64,000 bases of DNA from an uncultured Lentisphaerota bacterium. GTDB taxonomy: Bacteria > Verrucomicrobiota > Lentisphaeria > Victivallales > GWF2-50-93. Shown one piece after another: positions 9,864 through 17,356 of the stretch. Location: assembly GCA_903872565.1 (NCBI GenBank), contig CAIQLG010000012.1, positions 18,337 to 82,336 on the forward strand, written 5' to 3'. The position numbers were made by a program, and so were the translations under genes. The number at the start of each line of letters is the position of its first letter. Position 1 is the stretch's first letter. Under the pieces are notes generated by a model. It had not been told where the DNA came from. It worked only from the letters and a program-made list of their open reading frames with translations, and searched no databases.

Positions 9864-10550
9864 TCAGAAGGACATCGGAGCCAGTCCCGCAGCTTCGATC
9901 TTCATATTCTGTCCTTCCTTCCTTTTATCAGCCATGGTAGCGCTTAAGTCACGCCAGTGGGAAGCGCCCTGTTTTATCTCTTCCCTGCTCTGCATTCTTT
10001 TCGACCGGAGATTTTTCAGCATTATTTTCAGGTCCTGTATCCGTACCGCCGTTCCCTTCTCCAGGAGGCTCTGTAGCAATTCGGCTGCCATCTTGCGGTC
10101 GCGGTTGAAATCCGTCAGCATGTCACGAACCTCTTCTTCCCGTGATTTCTGGCTGGCCTGAATGTCCGTGATTATCTTTCGGAACTCATTTATTCTTTCC
10201 GATTCTCCTTCAAGGTGATCAGTCTTGTGCTTCTCGATGTTTTCCCTGATGGTCTTGGCGGCTTCCTTCTGTTCATCAAGATATGCCTTCAACAGATTTC
10301 TGGTTTCGCCTTCCCTTGATTCCTGTGATTCCAGTATCTCCTTCATCATAATATCAAAATCTTTTTTCCGCAGTGAGTCCTCCTTGGCCAGAGTTTCCCT
10401 CAGCTGTGTGCTCATGGCGCTTCGTTTTTCCCTGAAATCATCGAGCATCTGATGGGTATTGTCAATGATTGTGCAGACGGCCGAAATTCTGGATTCGTAG
10501 GAGGAGACTATTTCCTCCGTAAGTTTTCTCATATCTTCCGCATTGTTCAT
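9864..10550 (-). CDS. Coiled-coil protein of unknown function (paralog A), immediately downstream of gvpA genes
   Basis: 228 aa, rich in E/K/R/Q heptad-like sequence. AGGAG SD. N-terminus MNNAEDMRKLTEEIVSSYESRISAV matches its neighbour. Shared internal block YLDEQKEAAKTIR-N-I--HK-DH. Confidence 0.65.
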   Translation of the reverse strand: MNNAEDMRKLTEEIVSSYESRISAVCTIIDNTHQMLDDFREKRSAMSTQLRETLAKEDSLRKKDFDIMMKEILESQESREGETRNLLKAYLDEQKEAAKTIRENIEKHKTDHLEGESERINEFRKIITDIQASQKSREEEVRDMLTDFNRDRKMAAELLQSLLEKGTAVRIQDLKIMLKNLRSKRMQSREEIKQGASHWRDLSATMADKRKEGQNMKIEAAGLAPMSF

Positions 10551-10621
10551 AATGCCTACTCCTGTTTATAAAAAAATTGCCCGCTCTGTTTCGTGGGAAT
10601 TATCATTTTAAAAGCCCAGCG

Positions 10622-11347
10622 TCACGATCCCGTCTTCTCTATCTGTTTAAAATAATCCAGCATTATTATGGGAGATACTGTGAGAATTCTCCGCTGTGCC
10701 ATGTACATGTTCTGTCTGTCCGTGGCGATTAGTCCACGCCATTGGGATATCGTGTGCTTGAACACTTCCCACCATCCTTCGGAATGATGGCTCTTATGTC
10801 TTACCATTATTGTCGGACATTGGGTCTTGTCATCAGTTTCCTTCACCATGAAGATTTGAAGAAATTCAATTGTCATCTTATGTTTATTGTAGATAGTTTT
10901 CAGCATGTCGCGCAGTTCAATGTCGTGCTGTTTCTCGCTGACTCTCTGACTGGCATGGACATCGGCGATCCAGCTTCGGAATTCATTTATTCTTGCCGCA
11001 TCCACCTCAACGTGATCAATTTTGTGTCTTCCAATGTTTTTTCTGATAGTCTTAGCGGCTTCCTTCTGTTCATCGAGATAGATATTCAATAAAATTCTTG
11101 TTTCGTTTTCAATAGCCTCCTGGGGGCCAAGTATCTCCGTCATCATCCTGTCAAACTCTTTTTCGCAAAATGATTTTTCACGGGCGAACGTTTTCTTGAG
11201 CTGCATGCCCATAACACTGCGCTTTTCACTGAACCCGTCCAGTATCTGACGTGTATTGTCAACCATTGCACAGGCTGCCGAAACTCTGGATTCGCAGGAG
11301 GAGATTAATTCAGCCATCAGTTTTCTCATGTCTTCAGCATTGCTCAT
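10622..11347 (-). CDS. Coiled-coil protein of unknown function (paralog B)
   Basis: I trimmed the start to ATG 11347 (MSNAEDMRKLMAELISSCESRVSAA), which aligns with paralog A and has a GGGAG SD. The ORF-track start 11413 adds 22 unaligned residues. Confidence 0.65.
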   Translation of the reverse strand: MSNAEDMRKLMAELISSCESRVSAACAMVDNTRQILDGFSEKRSVMGMQLKKTFAREKSFCEKEFDRMMTEILGPQEAIENETRILLNIYLDEQKEAAKTIRKNIGRHKIDHVEVDAARINEFRSWIADVHASQRVSEKQHDIELRDMLKTIYNKHKMTIEFLQIFMVKETDDKTQCPTIMVRHKSHHSEGWWEVFKHTISQWRGLIATDRQNMYMAQRRILTVSPIIMLDYFKQIEKTGS

Positions 11348-11445
11348 AAAGATTGCTCCCGTTCTTAGGATATGGATTACTGGCGAACCATGCTTGGCAA
11401 CCGTCGGCTGCAAGGACGACTCGGCAGGTACCCATGTTTTGGTTT

Positions 11446-11652
11446 TTAGGCCGCTGTAGCTGTCAGACCGATAGCTTCAGCATACTTCAGATACGTTTCG
11501 ACTGACGCGACCACAACTCTGGCTTCAACTGCCAGAAGTTCTATCCCGACGAGGGATACCCTGACCCATGCGTCAACCACGATACCTTTGTCAAGTATGC
11601 GGTCCACAACTTCAACAAGACTCGAACTGCCGATTGTTTTTTCCACTGCCAT
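11446..11652 (-). CDS. gvpA: Gas vesicle structural protein GvpA (copy 1)
   Basis: The 68-aa product [68 protein letters not shown] is a textbook GvpA sequence. AGGAG SD. Confidence 0.95.
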   Translation of the reverse strand: MAVEKTIGSSSLVEVVDRILDKGIVVDAWVRVSLVGIELLAVEARVVVASVETYLKYAEAIGLTATAA

Positions 11653-11747
11653 TGTAGTAACTCCTGTTTTTGATTCCGATCCCCAGTTTTATTTTAGAGG
11701 ACAAGAACCGGTTTATTAATTCGACTCAACTAAACGATTTAACTTAC

Positions 11748-11954
11748 TTACGCTGCCGTAGCTGTCAGACCGATAGCTTCAGCATACTTCAGATACGTTT
11801 CGACCGACGCGACCACTACTCTAGCTTCAACTGCGAGAAGCTCGATACCAACCAGTGATACCCTGACCCATGCGTCAACAACGATACCCTTGTCCAATAT
11901 GCGGTCAACAACTTCGACCAGACTGGAACTTCCGATTGTTTTCTCCACTGCCAT
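11748..11954 (-). CDS. gvpA: Gas vesicle structural protein GvpA (copy 2, product identical to copy 1)
   Basis: Same 68-aa product. The ORF-track start 11963 is a GTG inside the SD GGGGGTGA, so ATG 11954 is preferred. Confidence 0.95.
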   Translation of the reverse strand: MAVEKTIGSSSLVEVVDRILDKGIVVDAWVRVSLVGIELLAVEARVVVASVETYLKYAEAIGLTATAA

Positions 11955-12017
11955 TTTACTCACCCCCTTTATTGCTGTTTAGTTTTGACTTTTCTGACTG
12001 TGACTGGGACTAGTATT

Positions 12018-12033
12018 AGCATGAAGGATGCCA
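12018..12033 (-). promoter_or_regulatory. Candidate sigma54 (-24/-12) promoter upstream of gvpA copy 2
   Basis: The minus strand reads TGGCATCCTTCATGCT (GG-N10-GC spacing), about 65 nt upstream of ATG 11954. Near-identical elements occur at three other sites in the window. Confidence 0.5.
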
Positions 12034-12192
12034 AAGGCTATAGCTGACTTTTAAAATAATTTCTATCATTTTAGTTATAAACGAGTTACATCTGCATTAA
12101 AAAAATAGACTGCTGGTAAATCAGATTTTATTGCATCGTTTTTTTGGGAATAATATGTGACAAAAACGGACAGAATTGAACGGAATTGCCAC

Positions 12193-12430
12193 AGTGGGGA
12201 ATGGGGAAGGGGAAAGAATGTGAGTTATGGGAAGCATGGGAGTTATTTTTTTGAGACCTTTGAGGGCAGGGGAAATATAGCTCTCATAATTCAATGTTGC
12301 TAAGTTAAGCCAAGTAACGCGGGATACCACCCCGCGACTTTCCTCGGGGAGATTCCCCGAGTTACTCGAATTCAGGCTTAACTTAGCAACATTCCTCTCA
12401 TAATTCACATAATTTCCATAGCTCCCATAA
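12193..12430. repeat. Inverted arrays of 9-nt GGGA(A/G)TTAT-type units, interrupted by a palindromic insertion
   Basis: 12193..12250 reads GTGGGGAATGGGGAAGGGGAAAGAATGTGAGTTATGGGAAGCATGGGAGTTAT. The reverse complement of 12385..12430 reads GGGAGCTATGGAAATTATGTGAATTATGAGAGG. The same unit type is seen at 18257..18305 and 3444..3487. Confidence 0.65.
12293..12393. repeat. 101-bp MITE-like palindromic element with 19-bp perfect terminal inverted repeats
   Basis: AATGTTGCTAAGTTAAGCC (12293..12311) is the exact reverse complement of 12375..12393. Two internal GC hairpins (CGCGGG..CCCGCG, CTCGGGG..CCCCGAG). Flanked by the direct repeat CTCTCATAATTC at 12281..12292 and 12395..12406. Confidence 0.7.
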
Positions 12431-12440
12431 ACGGTGATCA

Positions 12441-13769
12441 TCAGCTCCAAGTTTTGTGGAAGATTTCCTTAATGAAACTTTTCTTGTAGTTATTTTCGTA
12501 TTTGGTTTTTTCATACCTGTCGAGTTCCTGAATGATTTCGGAGACACTGCCATATCTGTTGTCAGGTAATTTCTCGAGCATTTTGCCGACGATATCACGG
12601 AGCATCATCGGCAACTTGTTGTTTAATTTCATTGGGTCTTCAGGTTTTGACTTCATGATGCTCTCTTTTATTCCGGAGAGGCCTGCGCCCGCAAAAGGCC
12701 TTTTCCCTGCGAGGATTTCATAGCTTATCACACCGAGGGAGAAAATGTCGGCTCTCTCGTCGATCTTGTTTATATTGTCGAAGCTTTCAGGCGCCATGTA
12801 TGTCGGCGAACCTAGCATTGCATTGGTCATCGTCAGTTCGGAGTCAAACACGCGAGCGACTCCGAAGTCTATGAGTTTGCATTCATCTTCTCTGGTTATA
12901 ATGACATTCTGAGGTTTGATGTCCCTGTGAAGTACCCCATAACTATGAACAATTTGAAGAGCTGATGCAATCTTTCTCATGATTGAAACAGCCTGTCCAG
13001 TCTGTATATGAGTTGATTTCATGTACTCATCGAGGGTGTTTCCTGGAAGATACTCCATTATTATGTAAGGTATCTCTCCCTGTTCCGAGAGTCCGTATTC
13101 AACTAATTTTATGATATTGGGATGGCTGATGCTTGAAATGATTTTTGCTTCTCTGAAAAATCTTTTGACTTTTTCAATCGAGAATGTTTTCGATCCGAAC
13201 ACCTTCATTGCATAATACACTTTTTCCTTTTCAACCAGGAAGACTTTGCAGATGCTTCCCGAACCTATTTCCTTAATGACCTTATAACCCGCAGGCGGGT
13301 AAAGAGTAATTCCGGCAAGAGTTTCCTTATTGTAAAAAAGAGCTTTGTCAAGGATGTCCTTGAATTTCTTGAGGTTAAGTGGTTTAGTGAGGACATCGAG
13401 GGCGCCTCCTATGAGTGCATCAAGGGCGGTGTCAGGAGCATTCTCAAGATCCTTCGCGTCGCAGACTATGATCATTTTTGTGCTCTGCGAGTTTTCTGTG
13501 CAGAAATGCAGAAGATCCATGGCTGTTGATTTCCCCTGGACGTTGTAATCGCAGAAGACAAGCGCGTAGTAGAAGTTCTTGAATAGCTTTAAGGCCTTTT
13601 CCGATCTGTCGCACGTCTGAATTTCATATCCGAGATGCCCCAGCTCCCTTTCAAGAAGCTGTACGATAAGATCCTCGTTTCCAATAACGAGTATCCTGGG
13701 GACAAAAGGGTCGCCCTTGTTTTCCAGTATCCTTGTCTTGACATTCGGATCGTCTTCTTCGCTGATCAT
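12441..13769 (-). CDS. Degenerate receiver domain fused to Hanks-type Ser/Thr protein kinase (REC-STK 2)
   Basis: Kinase motifs GSGSICKVF, AMK, HRDIKPQNVII, DFGVAR, SPTYMAPE. The N-terminal receiver-like fold keeps the phospho-acceptor position (LVFCDYN) and LTKPL, but the acidic pair is replaced (VIGNED). Confidence 0.85.
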   Translation of the reverse strand: MISEEDDPNVKTRILENKGDPFVPRILVIGNEDLIVQLLERELGHLGYEIQTCDRSEKALKLFKNFYYALVFCDYNVQGKSTAMDLLHFCTENSQSTKMIIVCDAKDLENAPDTALDALIGGALDVLTKPLNLKKFKDILDKALFYNKETLAGITLYPPAGYKVIKEIGSGSICKVFLVEKEKVYYAMKVFGSKTFSIEKVKRFFREAKIISSISHPNIIKLVEYGLSEQGEIPYIIMEYLPGNTLDEYMKSTHIQTGQAVSIMRKIASALQIVHSYGVLHRDIKPQNVIITREDECKLIDFGVARVFDSELTMTNAMLGSPTYMAPESFDNINKIDERADIFSLGVISYEILAGKRPFAGAGLSGIKESIMKSKPEDPMKLNNKLPMMLRDIVGKMLEKLPDNRYGSVSEIIQELDRYEKTKYENNYKKSFIKEIFHKTWS

Positions 13770-13831
13770 TTAGTGTCTTTATTTTAAAGTTCTATGTCTT
13801 GAGCGTATGCAAAAGTTAAATTTGTGGTTCA

Positions 13832-13963
13832 GGAAGTCAGGAGTCAGAATTCAGAATGAAAACAACTCAATTGCTTCTCAATTATTTTCTCTTTTGTTTT
13901 TGATATTATTCTGACTACTGTCTCCTGTCTTCTGACTTCTCTTGGGTTGCGGGCAAAGCCCGC
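13832..13963. repeat. Intergenic imperfect palindrome plus short GC hairpin between two REC-STK genes
   Basis: GGAAGTCAGGAGTCAGAAT (13832..13850) pairs imperfectly with ATTCTGACTACTGTCTCCTGTCTTCTGACTTC (13908..13939). Hairpin GCGGGC-aaa-GCCCGC at 13949..13963 sits just 3' of the stop at 13971 and has no U-tract. Confidence 0.5.
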
Positions 13964-13970
13964 CTATATA

Positions 13971-15293
13971 TCAACTCCATGGATTATCAATGAGCAGCAT
14001 GCTTTTCAGGAATTTTGATGTTATTGTATCATTCACAGGCGCCTTGTCATCCTCGTTTTTCTGATGGAATTCTATTGATTCAATGATTTTTCCGGCCGTC
14101 GGATAACGATTCTCCGGATTTTTCGTCATCATCTTTGCGATGGTATTCTGAAGCCAGGAGGGAATATCAGCATTGATTTTTTTTGGTTCGAGGGGCTTCC
14201 TTGTCTTTATCGCCTCCATTACCTGGAATACATTATCGCCTGGAAAGGCGCGCCGGGATGTCACGAGTTCATAGCAGAGCGATCCGAGAGAAAATATGTC
14301 GGACCTATTGTCTAGTGTCTTGGCGGAATCGAAGCTTTCGGGAGCCATATAATGGGGAGATCCCATCACATCATCCATCATCGTGAGCGATGATTCCTGC
14401 GTTTTAGAGATTCCGAAGTCGCTTATCTTCACCTGCGAGTTTTGTGTTATCATTATGTTGTCGGGCTTGATATCTCTGTGGATGAAGCCCAGACTGTGGA
14501 TATAATCAAGCACCGATGCAAGTTGCTTGATTATGTGAATGCGCAACTTGATGTCCATCGCAGTGTTTGCAATATAGTCCGAAAGCCGAGATCCATCTAT
14601 ATATTCCATGATTATGAAAGGAGTGCCGACATCCGGCAGGATACCATACTTATATACCTTGACAATGTTCCGATGATCCATTTCCTCCAAGATTTTAAAT
14701 TCGCGGAGAAATCTTTTCACGGATATTTCATGCTTTTCAGGGGAGTCTTTCTTCTTCATTATCTTCATCGCGTAACTGGCGCAATTTTTCTCGACTAGCA
14801 GAACTAGGCCGCTATTCCCTGAGCCAAGTGATTTCAATATCTTGTATTTTCCCGTCTGGAAAAAAACGGAGTCAAGGATCTGCTCCTCGGAGCTTTTCAC
14901 CTCGCTTCCCTGTTCCGCAAGTGCCGAATTTATTTTAGCGGCCAGATTATTCAGATCGATAGGCTTGGCTATATAATCTAAAGCGCCTTCCTTGATCGAA
15001 CTGACTGCATCTTTAAGATCCGGATGCCCAGTCATCAATATTATATGCATCGCAGGGCAGTGTTTTCTGCAGTAAGTAAGGAATTCAAGCCCGTTCATCC
15101 CCGCCATCCGGACATCAACCAGTGCAAGGCTAAATACGGTGTCTGCCATAAGTCCAAGCGCATCACTGCAATTTCCCGCAGTTGAAACCGAAAAAGATTC
15201 TGAAAGTGCGGTGTTCAGGAATTCACGAACATTATCCTCGTCATCAACAACGAGGATATTTTTCTTGACATTTGTTATCTCAGGATATAACAT
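13971..15293 (-). CDS. Response-regulator receiver fused to Hanks-type Ser/Thr protein kinase (REC-STK 3)
   Basis: Receiver ILVVDDEDNVREF...LALVDVRMAGMNG...IAKPI. Kinase GSGNSGLVL, AMK, HRDIKPDNIMI, DFGISK, SPHYMAPE. GAGGGAG SD. Confidence 0.9.
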   Translation of the reverse strand: MLYPEITNVKKNILVVDDEDNVREFLNTALSESFSVSTAGNCSDALGLMADTVFSLALVDVRMAGMNGLEFLTYCRKHCPAMHIILMTGHPDLKDAVSSIKEGALDYIAKPIDLNNLAAKINSALAEQGSEVKSSEEQILDSVFFQTGKYKILKSLGSGNSGLVLLVEKNCASYAMKIMKKKDSPEKHEISVKRFLREFKILEEMDHRNIVKVYKYGILPDVGTPFIIMEYIDGSRLSDYIANTAMDIKLRIHIIKQLASVLDYIHSLGFIHRDIKPDNIMITQNSQVKISDFGISKTQESSLTMMDDVMGSPHYMAPESFDSAKTLDNRSDIFSLGSLCYELVTSRRAFPGDNVFQVMEAIKTRKPLEPKKINADIPSWLQNTIAKMMTKNPENRYPTAGKIIESIEFHQKNEDDKAPVNDTITSKFLKSMLLIDNPWS

Positions 15294-15333
15294 CTGACTC
15301 CCTCTTCCGTATCAGATAATAAAGGAAAAAGGC

Positions 15334-15568
15334 ACACGCTAAAGCCGTGAACTCCAGCAAATTATTATCTTGACATAAGCATTCACTAAATAAAAATGGC
15401 ACTAAGTCAAGGGTTTCTTCTGAAGTAACTCGGGTCTATTGACCCGAGAATCGCGGGTCAGATAGACCCGCGCTACTCTGGGATGAGCCTTAACTTGGTG
15501 GCATTCCACTAAATAACGCATAGTTCACTCCTTTGAAACTGCCGTTGGAGTTCACGGCTTTAGCGTGT
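15334..15568. repeat. 235-bp palindromic element with 23-bp perfect terminal inverted repeats, carrying a second nested MITE-like element (15395..15505)
   Basis: ACACGCTAAAGCCGTGAACTCCA (15334..15356) is the exact reverse complement of 15546..15568. The inner element has imperfect ends (AATGGCACTAAGTCAAGGG / GCCTTAACTTGGTGGCATT). It carries the same two GC hairpins as 12293..12393 in opposite orientation. It is flanked by CACTAAATAA at 15384..15393 and 15507..15516. Confidence 0.7.
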
Positions 15569-15660
15569 TCTTTTCTTGGCAGTTTCATATTGACAAAACT
15601 GCGGACACCGCAGTAAAACGCTGAATACCTACGCTTCGTGTGTCTGTGAGATAATACTTT

Positions 15661-16413
15661 TTAACTTGCTGCAATTTTCAGATTGACAAAATTGAACGGA
15701 GGCACCTCACACACATATTTAAGTTTTATTCTCTTACCGTATTTTGTGTCAATATCGTTGACTTTCCTGTAAAACGCCTCCTCCTTGTCCACTTCCACAA
15801 GGAACGCGGCATTTATAATCATCCTCACGCCGAAAGCATTGTTGATTTTCACTTCTACGGCGAGAGGGGAAAGAATCCTCAATATCTCCTTCTTTAGAAT
15901 TTCAACTTCCGCCCGCAGCGCGGCCTCGACCATTTCCCCTATCTTCATCCGCTGTGGATAGGTTTTCTCTGGAGGCTTGGCAATTATAGACATTTTTAAT
16001 TTATTGATGTCCTTATGCTTTTCCAGGATATAGCTGTATATGGCTTCCTCAATGAAAACCGCTTTCACTCCCAGCTCTTTTTTATTGTCGAGCTTTTTCA
16101 GCAGTTCTTTGAATTTGACATTTTCTTTCCTCAATATTTCCAGTATCTCGACATCGGTTGCGATTATGCCGAATCTGACAGGAAGCACGCCTGCAAATTC
16201 CTTCATCACTACATCGATCACCTTTGCGTGAGCCAGCATATTTTCCCGGCTGGCGGTAATTTTGGCGATGGGATGACTGCTTGCGACCATTCTCATATCC
16301 TCATGGCCGATGGTTGAAACCTCATCTCCCCTGCCACCCACCCCGATTGGACCGAAACTTCTATCATGGATTGAAGGGATAATGCAATAAATATACTTTC
16401 CGTCCTGTGCCAT
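15661..16413 (-). CDS. gvpF: Gas vesicle assembly protein, GvpF/GvpL family
   Basis: 250 aa. The N-terminus MAQDGKYIYCIIPS...FGPIGVGG...V..I....MRMVAS and overall layout are typical of the GvpL_GvpF family. Located in a gvpA context. Confidence 0.85.
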   Translation of the reverse strand: MAQDGKYIYCIIPSIHDRSFGPIGVGGRGDEVSTIGHEDMRMVASSHPIAKITASRENMLAHAKVIDVVMKEFAGVLPVRFGIIATDVEILEILRKENVKFKELLKKLDNKKELGVKAVFIEEAIYSYILEKHKDINKLKMSIIAKPPEKTYPQRMKIGEMVEAALRAEVEILKKEILRILSPLAVEVKINNAFGVRMIINAAFLVEVDKEEAFYRKVNDIDTKYGKRIKLKYVCEVPPFNFVNLKIAAS

Positions 16414-16538
16414 AAAAAAACCTTTAATATGAGAAAATAATGGATGTTCGATTCATCTTGTCTGTTGGAAGTACCGCAGAGTCAAGGACAAGTGGCCTGG
16501 GATATCACACCCAGAAGCACTGCATTCATCCCTCCTGT

Positions 16539-17255
16539 TCAGCAGACAATCACTACGCTGTTGACAGAACAGAACACATTTGGCTCGAACCTTATGGCAT
16601 TAGGATCCGGTATCCATTGGCCGTCAACAATGAACTTGTATTGGTATTCTCCGGGTGCAAGTACCATCAAGGCCTGGAATTCCCTTCCCTGTCTTGTCAT
16701 CGGCTCCGGGATCCAGTTGTTAAAATCGCCAGCCAGGCAGACCTCTCCAGCTTCCGATTCGGCAGGCCAACTGAATTTGTGAGTTTTCCCAGTCTTTTTT
16801 TTCGTCTCGTAGCCGGACTGACATTTGCCCACGGAGCACTCCTTAGCCGTCGCCTTCTTCTGCGTCTTTTTCTTCCCCATCATTCCAACCTCCTTTTCCA
16901 CTTTAGCTGTTTGTATCATATTCTCGGATAATGACATAATCTTGTTAGATTTGACATCTTCTCCTATTTCATCACATAGAAGTCTCTTGAAAAACATCTT
17001 GATGGTGCTGATAGCCCTGGATGCGTCGGCACCAATCGCGGAGATGGTGAATATGGCACCTCCCGGGATGCCAAGCGTGATGATGTCCAGCAGGCTCTTG
17101 GCATCCGCCTTTCTATCATTGTATTCGATAAACACATCGGATTCGAACTGTCTTGACACCTTCACAAGCAGTGAAACAGGACGCATATGCATGGCGACAA
17201 TCTTGTCAAGGATTACCTCAATACTACATGTCGGGCAATTATACGGCAAGCCCAT
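16539..17255 (-). CDS. Fusion of HPr-like phosphocarrier domain and AMPK-beta/CBM48-type glycogen-binding domain
   Basis: I trimmed the start to ATG 17255 (strong GGAAGGAGAG SD). HPr-like VAMHMRPVSLLVK (His15 position) and NDRKADAKSLLDIITLG (Ser46 position). The C-terminus FSWPAESEAGEVCLAGDFNNWIPEPMTRQGREFQALMVLAPGEYQYKFIVDGQWIPDPNA resembles the AMPK beta-subunit glycogen-binding module. Lys-rich linker. Confidence 0.75.
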   Translation of the reverse strand: MGLPYNCPTCSIEVILDKIVAMHMRPVSLLVKVSRQFESDVFIEYNDRKADAKSLLDIITLGIPGGAIFTISAIGADASRAISTIKMFFKRLLCDEIGEDVKSNKIMSLSENMIQTAKVEKEVGMMGKKKTQKKATAKECSVGKCQSGYETKKKTGKTHKFSWPAESEAGEVCLAGDFNNWIPEPMTRQGREFQALMVLAPGEYQYKFIVDGQWIPDPNAIRFEPNVFCSVNSVVIVC

Positions 17256-17356
17256 CGTTACTCTCCTTCCAGTTAAATGATTTCTCTTTAAATCAGATTT
17301 TATTTCCGTTGCCCTCGGATGGCCATAAGCCTGCGGGATTTCTGGCAGATTGGTAT

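Noticed and set aside
12121-12450. ORFs crossing the repeat arrays (12121..12450 minus, 18143..18364 plus, 3344..3637 minus, 19173..19391 minus) that would encode GNYGNY/YGSYGNY-type peptides
   Set aside because: They lie entirely within intergenic palindromes and 9-nt arrays, have no SD, and one is interrupted by a MITE-like insertion. The periodic amino-acid pattern is a by-product of the 9-nt DNA period.
13949-13963. GCGGGC-aaa-GCCCGC hairpin, and other short GC hairpins, as Rho-independent terminators
   Set aside because: Stems are short (6-8 bp) and none is followed by a U-tract on the transcribed strand. They belong to dispersed repeat families, so I did not call terminators.
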